DNA of 64,000 bases from Flaccisagitta enflata (taxonomy: Eukaryota): NCBI GenBank assembly GCA_965153355.1, contig OZ231126.1, forward strand, positions 25,978,001 to 26,042,000, read 5' to 3'. This document shows, in pieces, positions 12,653 to 24,989 of this stretch. The notes under the pieces are model-generated. The model ran no database searches, was not told the DNA's origin, and worked only from the letters and a program-made list of their open reading frames with translations. How positions within the stretch are numbered: the stretch's first letter is position 1; every line of letters starts with the position of its first letter. Position numbers and translations under genes: made by a program.

Positions 12653-15600
12653 CCATGCTTCCATTTCCGCGCGCAGTTCTTTGTCGGACGCGGTGAAGTT
12701 GGTGCCATTGTCCGAATACAAATGGCGAATCGCAGGGCGGCGAGCTTGAAACCGCAAGAGGGCGTCGATGAAGCAAGAGGCGCTCATGGATCTCAATATC
12801 TCGAAGTGCACCGCGCGGCACGCAAGGCAGGTAAAGAGCGCGACGTACACTTTGTGAGATGCTCTCCCGGCGATTTTGCAAGAAGCAGGTCCAAAAATAT
12901 CCACCCCCGCGTTCTCGAAGGGCAAACACTTTTTAGTCCTCACTTCCGGTAGTGGTGCCATCAGCTGACTTTCAGGGCGTTTAAATTGTTTTTGACACTC
13001 CACACACGCGCGCACGACGCGCGTCACAGACCGGCGTCCTTTCGTGATCCAAAAGCGGCGTCGCGATTCACCCAGCACTTGTTCCACGCCGCGTGCAGTT
13101 GACGGAAGTGGATAGACCGGATCAAACACGCGACGGCCTCGCCATCGTGTGGGCAAGCAGCAGGTCCAAAAATATCCACCCCCGCGTTCTCGAAGGGCAG
13201 ACACCCGTCACGCTGGAGTCGTCCTCTGCATCGTAGCAAACCGGCGTCGTCAACGAAGGGGCATAACGCCGCCAATGGCGATTTTGCGGCGACTTTTTTG
13301 GCTCCAACCGGATCACATTGTTGCAACGACTTAATCTCCGCGTGAAAGGCTTGGGATTGAATGGCGTTGACGATCAGATTTTTGGCGTCGGCCAATTCGG
13401 CGCCGGTAGGCGCCCCAACTTTGTCGGCGTTGTTGTACAACGCCCGGCGTCGATTTTGGACAACGCATATCATGATCGTGCGTTTTAGCAGTGCGACGCG
13501 CCTCAACTTTCCCGTCCACGTCGCCACTTTCTCGCTCACGCAAATCACCCAAGATTGAGGCGGCGTTCTTTCCAGCGTCGCCGTCGTTGCGAGGATATGA
13601 GCGGGAAACGGGCGTGTCACGATCTGCTTTTTCGGCCATTCGTCTTCGCCTCGCCAAAGATAATCAGGGCCGTTGTGGAATTTGCCCCAATTTGGATCTT
13701 GGGCGAGCATCCCTTTTGACGAGTAGTCGGCTTGAGGTGGGTTGGTACCCACCTCCACTCCTCAACCTTCGTAAGCGCCTGAATTTCAGAGACGATTTGC
13801 AAAGTAAACCTTGAACCTTGTTTCAGTGTCATTTAATTGCTTAATTACACATTCAGAATCGGTCCAAAGACTTACATAACCATCATAACCCTTGCTCTTC
13901 AATAATGGTGGCGCAGATTCTGGTCGCGAGGCGGTGCTGCTTCTTGAAGCCCAAGGTGGCGGCTCGACTCCATGTGACCCGCCTCCACATCCTTCAGAGG
14001 GACGACGTGCGATTTGGAGCATACAATGGACACATGGATTTCGCCATTCGGACCCTCGTAGCGGACGTAGTACACGGCTCCATACGCCCGTCCACTCGCA
14101 TCCGAATACCCGTGGAGGACCTTTTTTCCGTCTTGCGTTTCCGGCGTCGCCGTCCATCTCGTGATGCGGAAGGACTCCAAGAATTTGAAGCTCGCCTGCC
14201 ATTCCACAAACTCGTTGAGGGACACGGTTGGAATGTCTTTGCTATCCCAACTTTCGACGACGCGTAACACTTTTTGCAGAATTAGCCTTGCCCAAATCAC
14301 GAATGGCTCCAAAAACCCAGCGGGTCAAATATAGACGCTATTAATTTGAGCATTTGTCTTTTGGTCTGCACATTCAATTCGGCCTTTGATTTATCTGGCA
14401 AAAAGGAAAAAGCATCGGCAGAAAACGAATATCTAAGGCCTAACAATTTCGTCGTGTCATCAGTGGCGCCGGATACATCTATTGGAGCCGCCGGCGCCGG
14501 ATCCGTCGTATCGCCTTCAAGAACTTCCGGATGACTTGATCTCCACTTGCATAGATTCATGCCGGCGTCCTCGAGGGCGGCCGTGATGCCCACGCGAAAG
14601 TCTTTAGCCACTTTGGTATTGCGCAGTGATTTTATCAGATCATCAATGTACATGTTCCTCATCACTGCTTGAACCACGAGAGGGCCATATTCAGCCGAGT
14701 GCTGTTCCACGTGGTGTTGCAGAGTGAAGATCGCTACACAATTTGATGATGATTTTGCACTAAAGACGGGGTCGGTGAAACTCGTTCAGGTCGATTTCTC
14801 CTTTTTTTCATCGCGAAACCAATAATAGCGGAAAAGTCCTGCGTCTTCTTCGGTGACATAGATCTCGTGGAAGTAATCCTTAATGTCCGCGCCCACGGCG
14901 ACGGGACCTTCACACCGGAAGCGCATCAACACGCCTCTGATGTCGTTGGCAAGTTGCGGTCCGTCCAAGAGCTGGTCGTTAAGGCTTGATCCACCCACTG
15001 CTGCTTTACAATCGTGGCAGATGCGGACTTGCCCGGGCTTACCGGGCTTGTCCGCCACATGGATCGGAATCTGTCCATCTAGGTCGATCTGGTGGCATGT
15101 TGGCGTGCACATTTGGATCTACTTTCCTCACGCGCCCCTTTTCCCAGAATTTTGCCATAGTTTCGAATGTTATTCGGCGCCTTTCCGGGTCCCGCATTAA
15201 TTGTTTTTTCAGCCGAAATAAGCGGTCTAGGGCCATCGTTGGAGAATCCAAATTGTTTAGTGCATCGCAAGTTGCTTGCCTTCCACCTTTATGAAGGACA
15301 GGGGTCCGGTAGTGTTCCGTTTTTGGATCCCACCTAATGCCCTCCTTCATTTGGCGGATGGCAAACTTATCACTGAGAGACATATCTCGCTTATTTTTGT
15401 CCACTTTTTCGGATCCACCGGCATTTATTCTCTTTATGGTTTTTGCTAAATCTGAATCAATGCTGTGAAACGAAGCAAAATTGCAAACAAAATATCGCGA
15501 GTCAGTGTTGTTTCTAGGGCCGATCAGACCGGCGCCGAGCGGCGTGGAAATTCCCATGGGCAGCCCCTCGGCGCCTTTATATGTCTCTCCGCCGATCCAG

Positions 15601-16048
15601 ATTCGAGCATGCTCCGCGCCGATTATTACGCCGATAGAGCATCCATCGTCGCCATCCGGAAACGCAGGAAATTCCAGGTCGACGAGATGCTCCATCCCGG
15701 CGGCATCCTCAGCGCGTGGTGGTCTGTCGTCCTTCGATGCGATTATCTCCCCGAAGATGGCGTTATTGAGAGTGATCCTGTAGCCGTTGGTACCTTCAAC
15801 TACCACGTCCGCCACCTCCCTCTCTCCCTCCACCATCTTCTCAAGGGTGGTTATCGTCATCGTCGTTTTCCTCCCACTTAGTTTCAATTTTACATAAGTC
15901 CTTCGACACGACGGTCGGTTGGGCCGCCGTCCATCAAAGCAAAAGTCTTGACTTTTCTTTCACCCGTTATGTACAGCGGCAAGATCAACCTCCACGCTCC
16001 GTCGTCGCCGCCAACTTTGAAGACGGAGTTGGTCGAAGGCGCCTCATG
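12653..16048 (-). pseudogene. pol: pol copy A (PR, RT, RNase H, N-terminal integrase); frameshifted and truncated inside integrase
   Basis: PR motif FALMDGG in frame after the gag stop; RT ADIKDYFHEI and MYIDD; RNase H LHGYSDASGRAYGA and WTDSECV; IN GVDIFGP and YSDNGTNF; breaks at ...MEAW (12653). Confidence 0.9.
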
Positions 16049-18745
16049 TCACGCAGGCCCAGATCCTTTTTCGCCGGCGTCTTTGTTTTCAACAGTTTGT
16101 TTTCCCGCCGGGTTAGGTTCCGGGTGCGCTAGAGGGTGATGGAAGCCGCTGCACTTGTCGCAAGTGATCGTCGACGGACATGCCTTGAGATGGCCTCCTT
16201 CGAGGCATCTGAAGCAGATGCCCAAGTTTTTGTTGAATTTCCGGCGGTCCAACGCGTTCATCTCGCTGTAAGTGGGGCAATCCGCTAGACCGTGTTTTCC
16301 GTCGCAACGAGGACAGAGGCCCGGCGTCGCTTTTTGAAGCCGCGTCGGCATCGCGTCCTTCTTTGCGGCGGCGTTGGCGGTCGTCGCGGAAATTTTGGCC
16401 GATGCAGCGAGCTTGTTTTGATTGTTGTTGCGATGGTATCCTGACAACATTTCAGATATGGTTTGCTCTTCATCAATGAAATCAAGAAAATCAGCAAATT
16501 TCAAATCTGAACCATTTTTCTTCCTATACCTCACAACTTTCTTTGCCCACTTATCTTTTAGGAAGGGAAGCTTCTTCTCGACGATCGTCTTGACCACCAA
16601 CTTGTTCTCGAAGTCGTCCGCCTTTTTCGTCTCGGTTGCGAACGAGTGGACGCTCATCAACCGCGCGTAGAAATCGAGCATTCCGTTGTGATCTTTTTCG
16701 TCGATCGCTTTTCCCTGCAGCACTTCGTCAAGCATCTCCAACGCGGTCTCTTGGCGCATCCCGAACTTTTTCGTCAACTTTTCCAACGCCTCGTCGACGG
16801 CCGACTCCGACTTCTTCAGCGTCTCCGCCTCGATCAGCTTGAAGGCCGATCCCTCAAACCAATGCTGCAACTCGTTCAGCATTTGCTTCTTAGATACGCC
16901 CGGGATCTCCATCGCCTCGTTGAAGATTTTCATGTGCTTTTCGAAGTCCATTCTCTTGGTCGTATTTCCGGAGAACTTTTTGGCGGGTCTTGCTTCTTTC
17001 AGCTGGTGGATAGCCGTCTGCTTTAGCGCCGCCTCCAACTGTTGCCGCTGCAGTCGCAAGATGCTCGTCATTAGCGTGTCTGAGACGTTTGAAGCATGGC
17101 TGCTCGCACTGCTAGAAGCTATCGACGGCGCCTTCGAACGTGTTGACGATGATCTTGACGCGATTGACGAGCGGCTGGGGCTTTTCACTTTCTGAGGATG
17201 TACCGTCGCCGGTGCATCTGTCTTTGCCCCTGGCTTTTCGTCTTTCGTCTTGATCCCTCTCTTTGTTCTCTCTTGTTCTCCTGACTCCATTTTCTTTGGC
17301 TTCACGTCACCCAATTTACGGTAAGGCATTGTCGGTGGTTTTTTGACCTCCGTCTTTGCCTCTTTTTCCTTTTTTGGGTCTTCGGCGTAAAGCTTCTTTT
17401 TTGACTTTCGCAGTGGATCCGGTAGCGATCTCTCTGTGATTGACGGCGTTTTCACCTCCTTCTTAGCCGTCGACGTCGGTCTCGACGTCACTCCGTTCAC
17501 CCACGCGCTCGTCAATGCATCCGGAGTTTCGCCACCGAATGCTGCACCTGCGGCGGTCATCTCCAATCCGGCGCCAGCGTCCCTCGACTTTTCTCCCTCC
17601 TCGACGGCGCCGCTTGCCGTTGACTGTTCGTCTTCATTCGCCGCTATCAAGTCCTGCAGCTCCGCCGCATTTTTGTCAATGTTATCCATTTCTTTCTCGT
17701 GGAGGGTTTTGTCGAGGTCCTTTTGCCTTTGTATGTCTTGGATAATGCTTTGATGATACGCAATATCCGCGTCCGCTTGCGCGTCGTTGGATTTTATCCG
17801 TTCCTTCTCGGCTTCCCTTTTTCTCTGTCTGTCTTTCTCCACCTGTCGTGACATCACCGTCGACGTTTTGCTCCTTTGGGATCCCTTTTCTGACGACCTC
17901 GTCGAACGTATCGTCGACCTGGCATTTTCTGCGTCGTCGTCGCGTTCGGGATCAGCACGTGGAGTAACAGAGGTGGTCACGCTTTGAGGTTTTTCGGCCT
18001 CTTTGTCTTTTTTGTTGGCCTCTGCCGCTGTCCGCAGTTCATTTTCGGCCAATTGGAAGCCGGATGGAAGTGGCCGAGCTTTCGGCCGAATGGAGTCATC
18101 TATGGTGAGTTCTGCTGCCGCCGCGGGGGGTGTCGCTGGAGGAGGAGGAGGAGGCGGATGTGACGGGTTTTGGCGTCTTTCCGGCGTCTGACCGCCGACT
18201 ACGTTTTCGAGTACCTTTCTTCCGGCAGTCACTGTCAACGATACCCTCTTTTTCAATGAGTTCAGCATCGACGCTGGAGGCGCCGTCTCTTTCGTCACTT
18301 CCGGTCTCCTCCTTCCTTCCTCTTCGCCTTCACCTCTTCCGCTCGTCCTGCTTTCGTGCAGCAGCGGTAATCCCCCCAACGCCCCGACGTCCTCCGCCGG
18401 GTCGTCAACAGTCTCGTTGACGTCCCCTGCCGATTGCGTCTTGAAGTGGGATTCGAGCGTTATTTTGTAACGAACCATGTCTTGCATCAATTGTCCGGCC
18501 ATTTCCCTGGCGTTGGGCTCGTTCTCAATTTTGCAGGCATTATATTCGTCTAAACGCTTCTCGTAGAGGTCGCAGAATGCGTCGCTTTTTAAGTTCAATT
18601 CGGTTTGCGCCTCCTCCGACGGTGTTTTTGTCGCGTGGTCGAGGGCTACCGTCATTGAGTTAAAGCTTTTCTCCAATTCTCGCCTCACGTGTGCAACGAT
18701 GCGCAGGTCCCATACCGTGGCTTCGATCGGTCTGATGTTCGCCAT
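16049..18745 (-). CDS. gag: BEL/Pao Gag, 898 aa
   Basis: Open ORF just downstream of the 5' LTR. C-terminal BEL-type triple zinc knuckle (CPRCDGKHGLADC, CFRCLEGGHLKAC, CDKCSGFHHPLAH) after a capsid-like helical region (KFSGN...FEKH); long low-complexity N-terminal half. Confidence 0.9.
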   Translation of the reverse strand: MANIRPIEATVWDLRIVAHVRRELEKSFNSMTVALDHATKTPSEEAQTELNLKSDAFCDLYEKRLDEYNACKIENEPNAREMAGQLMQDMVRYKITLESHFKTQSAGDVNETVDDPAEDVGALGGLPLLHESRTSGRGEGEEEGRRRPEVTKETAPPASMLNSLKKRVSLTVTAGRKVLENVVGGQTPERRQNPSHPPPPPPPATPPAAAAELTIDDSIRPKARPLPSGFQLAENELRTAAEANKKDKEAEKPQSVTTSVTPRADPERDDDAENARSTIRSTRSSEKGSQRSKTSTVMSRQVEKDRQRKREAEKERIKSNDAQADADIAYHQSIIQDIQRQKDLDKTLHEKEMDNIDKNAAELQDLIAANEDEQSTASGAVEEGEKSRDAGAGLEMTAAGAAFGGETPDALTSAWVNGVTSRPTSTAKKEVKTPSITERSLPDPLRKSKKKLYAEDPKKEKEAKTEVKKPPTMPYRKLGDVKPKKMESGEQERTKRGIKTKDEKPGAKTDAPATVHPQKVKSPSRSSIASRSSSTRSKAPSIASSSASSHASNVSDTLMTSILRLQRQQLEAALKQTAIHQLKEARPAKKFSGNTTKRMDFEKHMKIFNEAMEIPGVSKKQMLNELQHWFEGSAFKLIEAETLKKSESAVDEALEKLTKKFGMRQETALEMLDEVLQGKAIDEKDHNGMLDFYARLMSVHSFATETKKADDFENKLVVKTIVEKKLPFLKDKWAKKVVRYRKKNGSDLKFADFLDFIDEEQTISEMLSGYHRNNNQNKLAASAKISATTANAAAKKDAMPTRLQKATPGLCPRCDGKHGLADCPTYSEMNALDRRKFNKNLGICFRCLEGGHLKACPSTITCDKCSGFHHPLAHPEPNPAGKQTVENKDAGEKGSGPA

Positions 18746-18840
18746 AGTATCTGATGTTACCTGCGTGTTGTGCTCGTGTATAGTAGGGGGTTATAATATA
18801 GGGTTAGCAACTTTCACCAGCGGCTTTGGTGTTTAAATAC

Positions 18841-19393
18841 TGTGAAGAACCGTAGAAAATACTGTCTCGTACCGTCATTAGGATCTTGCCGTCCACGCAA
18901 CTTCCGACTGAAGACGCCACTTCCGGTTTGAATACGCCATCGCAACGCCAATCACGCCGATAACGTCACTTCCGGTGGCGCTGGTTCCAACGTCAGTCTG
19001 TGGATGCTATCTCTAATCACTAGGTAAGAAAGTGTATTTAAACTATTATATACAGGAAGAGAAAGAGAGAGAAACAGAAGAGAGAGGGGGGAGGGATTGG
19101 TTAATGCCTACCTACTAACTAGCTAGTGTGTACCATTAGTAACTACCTCAATCAATTCAAATCAATTGTCAACATATGTAGCCAAGTACACTCACCACAG
19201 GTTCCACTGTAATCCCCAAAGTGCTTCCAGGTTGAATTGCTTGTTAAAATACACTGATTAACTGAAAGAAAGAATGCATCCAGAGAATCAAGTATATCAT
19301 CACAAGCAAATGAACAGTAACGCCAACGAGAGGACAATGAAATAAATCGCAGTACAAAGGCGGCAAATGCCAAAATATCAACGATATTCCACA
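18841..19393 (-). repeat. 5' LTR of the BEL/Pao element (553 bp)
   Basis: TGTGAAGAACC...ATTCCACA on the plus strand; differs from the other LTR by about 2 substitutions and one 1-bp indel by eye. Confidence 0.96.
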
Positions 19394-19843
19394 GGGGGCA
19401 TACAGAAGAGGAGGAGGAAAAGAAGATTAAGAAAAAATATCCCCTTTGTTACATGGTGTGTGTGAAAGCATAAGTCATCGGTTCCTTTGGGCCCGCTGCC
19501 CAAAAAGCAGGGTGAAACAGAAGATCTTGAATAAAAAAAACACCGCTACCTAGCAACACCCAGTACTATTTTTCCATAACTTAAGTTTGAATTTTGAAAA
19601 CATTCACCTTCACAAAATCAAATCCATGGGCAAACTATAGAACTTTTTATAAGCCTTTTAGACATTAAATCTGCATCTGAATATCTTTCTAGATTTGGTT
19701 GATTAGTTCTTTATGAAAATTATAGCAATTATGCAGTGATTTGCATGGGGAATATTTTTACTGTTTTAGATCATAATTGATTTTGAGGCAGTCCAGGTGT
19801 ATGTCATGAGCGAAATAAAGACATTTTTCAAGATTTAACTAGT

Positions 19844-21002
19844 AACAAGGCCGGATACACGGCTACCCCAGTCGCGTGCGGGTGAGCAGGGGCCATAATT
19901 AAGGTTACCAGATCATTTGGGCAGGAGCAGTGATGCCAAAAACCCCAAAAACCCCAAAAAAGTAAAGTGTGACCGACGGACGGACCGACAAAGCGGGGTG
20001 TAACTATGGCAAAAAAAAAAACCGAACAGTTACTTCTTTTGCTCATAAATCCTTTGAAAATTCACCCAGTATGCTGAAATTTTTACTGAAGTTACTTTTT
20101 AGTATCATTAAGCATCACTGAAAAAATCAATGACCTGCTCTAAATAGTTTGAGAATTATAGATTTTTTAAAAGTGCTTGTCAGAAGATCAGAAATTCAAT
20201 GTACACACATAAGAATTTACTAAGAATCAATAAACAAACTTAAAAAAACCATACTAAATCTAGTCCGATTTTGATGAAATTTTAAGTGGAAGTAAACCAC
20301 AGTGTTAGCAGGCTGTGATAAAAATTTCATTACAAAACTCCAATTATTTTAGCAGAAACAGCAAGTTTTCTAAAACTTTTTTTGTGGTTTTTAGAATGAA
20401 GTAAATAAAGATGAAATCTGAAATATAAATCGATGCTAAGGCCAGAGTTTTTTACCAATTATCATGATTTTTTAACTGGTAACTTTTGTACATATGATTC
20501 ATCTCCAGTAAAATTTTTGTGAAGATTGAAGCATTTTTAGTCCCCCAAATTGCAAAAATATCCTAACAGGTAGCAGAATATTTCTTATCCTGAGCAAGCT
20601 TACAATCAACCAATATCTACCCCACTAGACTTTATCTGAGTAGATGCGAATTTTGCCTAGTGTTAGTAAATATTACCATCAGACTACAGTTCAAAAATCA
20701 TGACAAAACTCCCAATACTTTTTGCACAATGCCAATTTTACTAAAAATGGTAATATTTTGATTTAGGATAAATGTCATCTCTGGCAGTCCAAAAAAGAGG
20801 TGACTTCAGTAAAAATGTGATAACGGCTAAAGTTTTCAACGGATTTTGATGAAATTTTAACCAGACATAGTCCATATCATAGTTATCATTCACTGTAAAT
20901 TTTATGCAAATTGGTCAACATCTTCATACTTTTTTGCTCTCTCAAAAGTTGTTCGGTTTTTTTTTTTGCCATAGTTAGAGTCGCGTAGCACGCGACTAAA
21001 AA
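19844..21002 (-). mobile_element. Helentron-like family A copy split by MITE 20003-20975
   Basis: AACAAGGCCGGATACACGGC...CACGCGACTAAAAA. Confidence 0.8.
20003..20975. mobile_element. MITE with TA TSD (ACTATGGC...GCCATAGT), nested in a Helentron-like element
   Basis: TIR ACTATGGCAAAAAAAAAAACCGAACA; interrupts GGTG-TA-GAGTCGCG, which is intact in the sister copy near 29015. Confidence 0.85.
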
Positions 21003-22199
21003 TATCTGCATGTGGCTAGATATCTCCTGTTCGATTTGAGTCTTTTAATGTACGGACTATGATGGGCAGACAGATGTTATATCTCCGCGTTTATTTCATC
21101 GACTTTCCTCCCCATATAGTATTGATATAGTGATTTGGGGTTCATAAGAATGAATATATGTAGTGGTAAATTACTACTAGTAATAGAATATCACCTTTTA
21201 TTATTACCTGGATTTATTATACAGGGTCTTCAATTGTGACTGACTTATCCTAAATTGACGGTGTGCCTCTCATAGTCATTACTATGATTTCCTCTTATTT
21301 CCCTCCTGTAGCATATTGTTTGACGTTTTTTGTATCAAAATTTCAAGGGTTTTTGTCAAATATTTTGTCTGTTATTATGCTTTTAAGTAGGGCAGGTACC
21401 CATGGTTGTGACATGAAAAAATCGTTTTTGTTTGATTTTTTTTTCATATTGCTCTCATTTGATTAGCTAGAGCTAAAGATGACTCATTGGTCTCAAATCA
21501 AACATAATTTAATCTACTTTTAAGAGGTAAAAAATCAGATTTAGATTGCTAGAATTATCATATACTAACTATAAAGAAAATTGTTTGTTTGGAAAACATT
21601 TTGTCAGAAATCGATTTCAAGGTCATCACATGGAATCAAGATATCAACACAAATGTTGTTCCATCTCAAGTAGTTTGGACAAGGCATTTCCTTCCCTCAC
21701 TTTGCTTTTCTCGGTTTTCCTGTCGGGGGAGAGGAATACGGAATGATGTACACCCCTGCCTGACTGAAAATGATTTAAATTGTTGGTGGGACTTAAAAGT
21801 CTGTTACTTTTTGGTCTAATTTTCGTTGTGAGCATAAATATCATTTTCTCAGCAGTAAGGACACCCACACAACCGGCAGTCAACAGCACTTCCTAGGCCG
21901 TGAGTACACCCACACAGCCAAGAGTGTCTTCTTCCCAACCGTGACGAGGTTTTAGTTTCTTCTGCGTCAAAATTCAGAAAAAATATGGAATAATTTATGA
22001 GAAATCAAATTTTTTGAAGTCCGCCCGCGTTTTTCCTCCTATTTTCCTTCTGTACTCGTTTTTCCTCCTTATTTTCACTCTTTTTTTTTTCGTTTCCTTT
22101 TTTTTTCTTTCCTCAGTTTAATTCACTTTGTTTACTACCTTCTCTCTTCGCGATAATCATTATCCAATCTTATTTAGTCACGTAACTGCCAAAATACTT

Positions 22200-23358
<1,159 letters not shown>

Positions 23359-23408
23359 AGTAAGACAGTAAGACAGCAGGCAGACAGTCGGACGAACTGA
23401 CACACATA

Positions 23409-23954
23409 CAGTAGATCTCGTCTAGACTTGAGATAACGGGGGCAAGCATTGTGGAAAGACGAATGAAAGTAGGGGAGCAATATTTGGATTATAGACTAAT
23501 AAAAGGATGCATTCCCCATGATAGCTGGTTCATGGAAACACACATGCATTCGCTAAATATCAATATTTTGAGAGATTTTCAGAACATCGCTAAAATCAAA
23601 TTTGCTACAACTTTCCCACAGTATGTTCTGTAAGAATGTCGCTCGTTTGGCCGTTGCTAGGGAGCGTATCCATGTGTGACAACCCTTAGCAACCGCTAAA
23701 CAAGGGACATTCTTACAGAACATGCTGTGGGAAAGTTGTAGCAAATTCAATTTTAAAAAATGTTCCCTCAAAAAACTTCTCAAAATATTGATATTTTAGC
23801 GGAAATACATAGAAATGCGTTTCCATAGCAACCAGCTATCATGGGCAATAAAGCATCCCTTTATTAGTCTATGTTTTAAATATCACTCCCTAGGCTTCAT
23901 TTTTTTTTCTCCAGTGCTTGCCCCCGTTATCTCAAGTCTAGACGAGATCTACTG
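23409..23954. mobile_element. Tc1/mariner(pogo)-type MITE, CAGTAGATC termini, TA TSD
   Basis: Perfect ~40-bp TIR CAGTAGATCTCGTCTAGACTTGAGATAACGGGGGCAAGCA; empty site near 27404. Confidence 0.9.
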
Positions 23955-24989
23955 TACAGTCAAAGAGACAGATAGAAAATGACAGAGATAAATAGACATG
24001 GAGGTTGATAGCCAGACAGAGAAATGGGTGCTCGCGGTGTGGGAGCGTGCACATGCGTGCATTCGGGACAGTCGAGTAAGGGAACGTGCACGCGCGTGCA
24101 TTCGGGACAGTCGAGTGAAGCCAACAAACGCTGACAATGATATATGGAACCCTTTTATGATGACAACAAATCTACTTCCCGGAAAAAAAAAGCGGCGCTT
24201 TATCGAAGTCGAAAGCGAACAAAGTCACTTCCTACCAATGCCCGAAGAGGAAGGAAGGGGAGGTGAGGGGGGAGGGGGGAGGGGGAGAGGGAGACGCGGA
24301 GGGGGAGGGGGGAGGCCGTTGGGGAAGGAAGAGGATAAGGAGGTACAGGAGGTGAAGGAAAAGGGCGAACAGGAAATGAGAAACAAACCTGCCAGCGTGA
24401 GAAGGGAAATGGGTAAATATTGAAGTCATTCAAACAAACACAGACAGACAGACACACGGACAGGCGGGGTGACTAAGCCAGAGGGACAGAGTGGCAGATA
24501 TAAAGATGTAAAAATATGATAACTGATTAAGATACTATTGAACTCGCTCCAACAACCTACAAATACGCACTCCTTGCTAACAAAACTTTAGATCTAGATT
24601 TCAATTACTTCATTCACTTCATTCAATTCATTCACTTCATTCACTTCATTCACTTCATATAATGAAATTCCACCAACCACTGAATCCAGTTAGAGCAGGA
24701 TTCAAATAAGAAAATTCTGTAAATTTGCTTCATACAAAACACAAATGAGCAGTTATTTTAGATACCAGAAGTATACTATGTCATACTAGATTTACACCCG
24801 ACTATAACAGATCCAAGAATAACAGAAACTTGCCCATGACGAATATGAAAATTTGGTCCCTTCATTTCTATTACTTAAAAATTTTATATTGTCAATGGAT
24901 GAAGCTTGTTGGTCCCTTGACAACCGTTATTGCGGGGTTCAAATGTATGACTGCAAACTAGAGCATTTGGACAGGGGCAGTGAGGACAA

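Larger units (their letters stand above)
5357..19393 (-). mobile_element. BEL/Pao (Belpaoviridae) LTR retrotransposon, ~14.0 kb, internally rearranged
   Basis: Direct LTRs with TG...CA ends; GGGGG TSD at 5352-5356 and 19394-19398, with a single copy at the empty paralogous site (~29796-29800). Domain order gag-PR-RT-RNaseH-IN with BEL-type motifs. Confidence 0.96.

Noticed and set aside
6002-18420. Plus-strand ORFs within the BEL element
   Set aside because: Antisense shadows of GC-rich coding sequence; no motifs.
21222-21686. Left-arm-specific segment starting TA-CAGGGT as a complete Tc1 MITE
   Set aside because: No matching second TIR or TSD; at most a truncated fragment.
23998-24423. 141-aa and 107-aa mirrored ORFs as a duplicated gene
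   Set aside because: Identity reflects DNA conservation; the frames diverge at the 3' end and no domain is recognisable.
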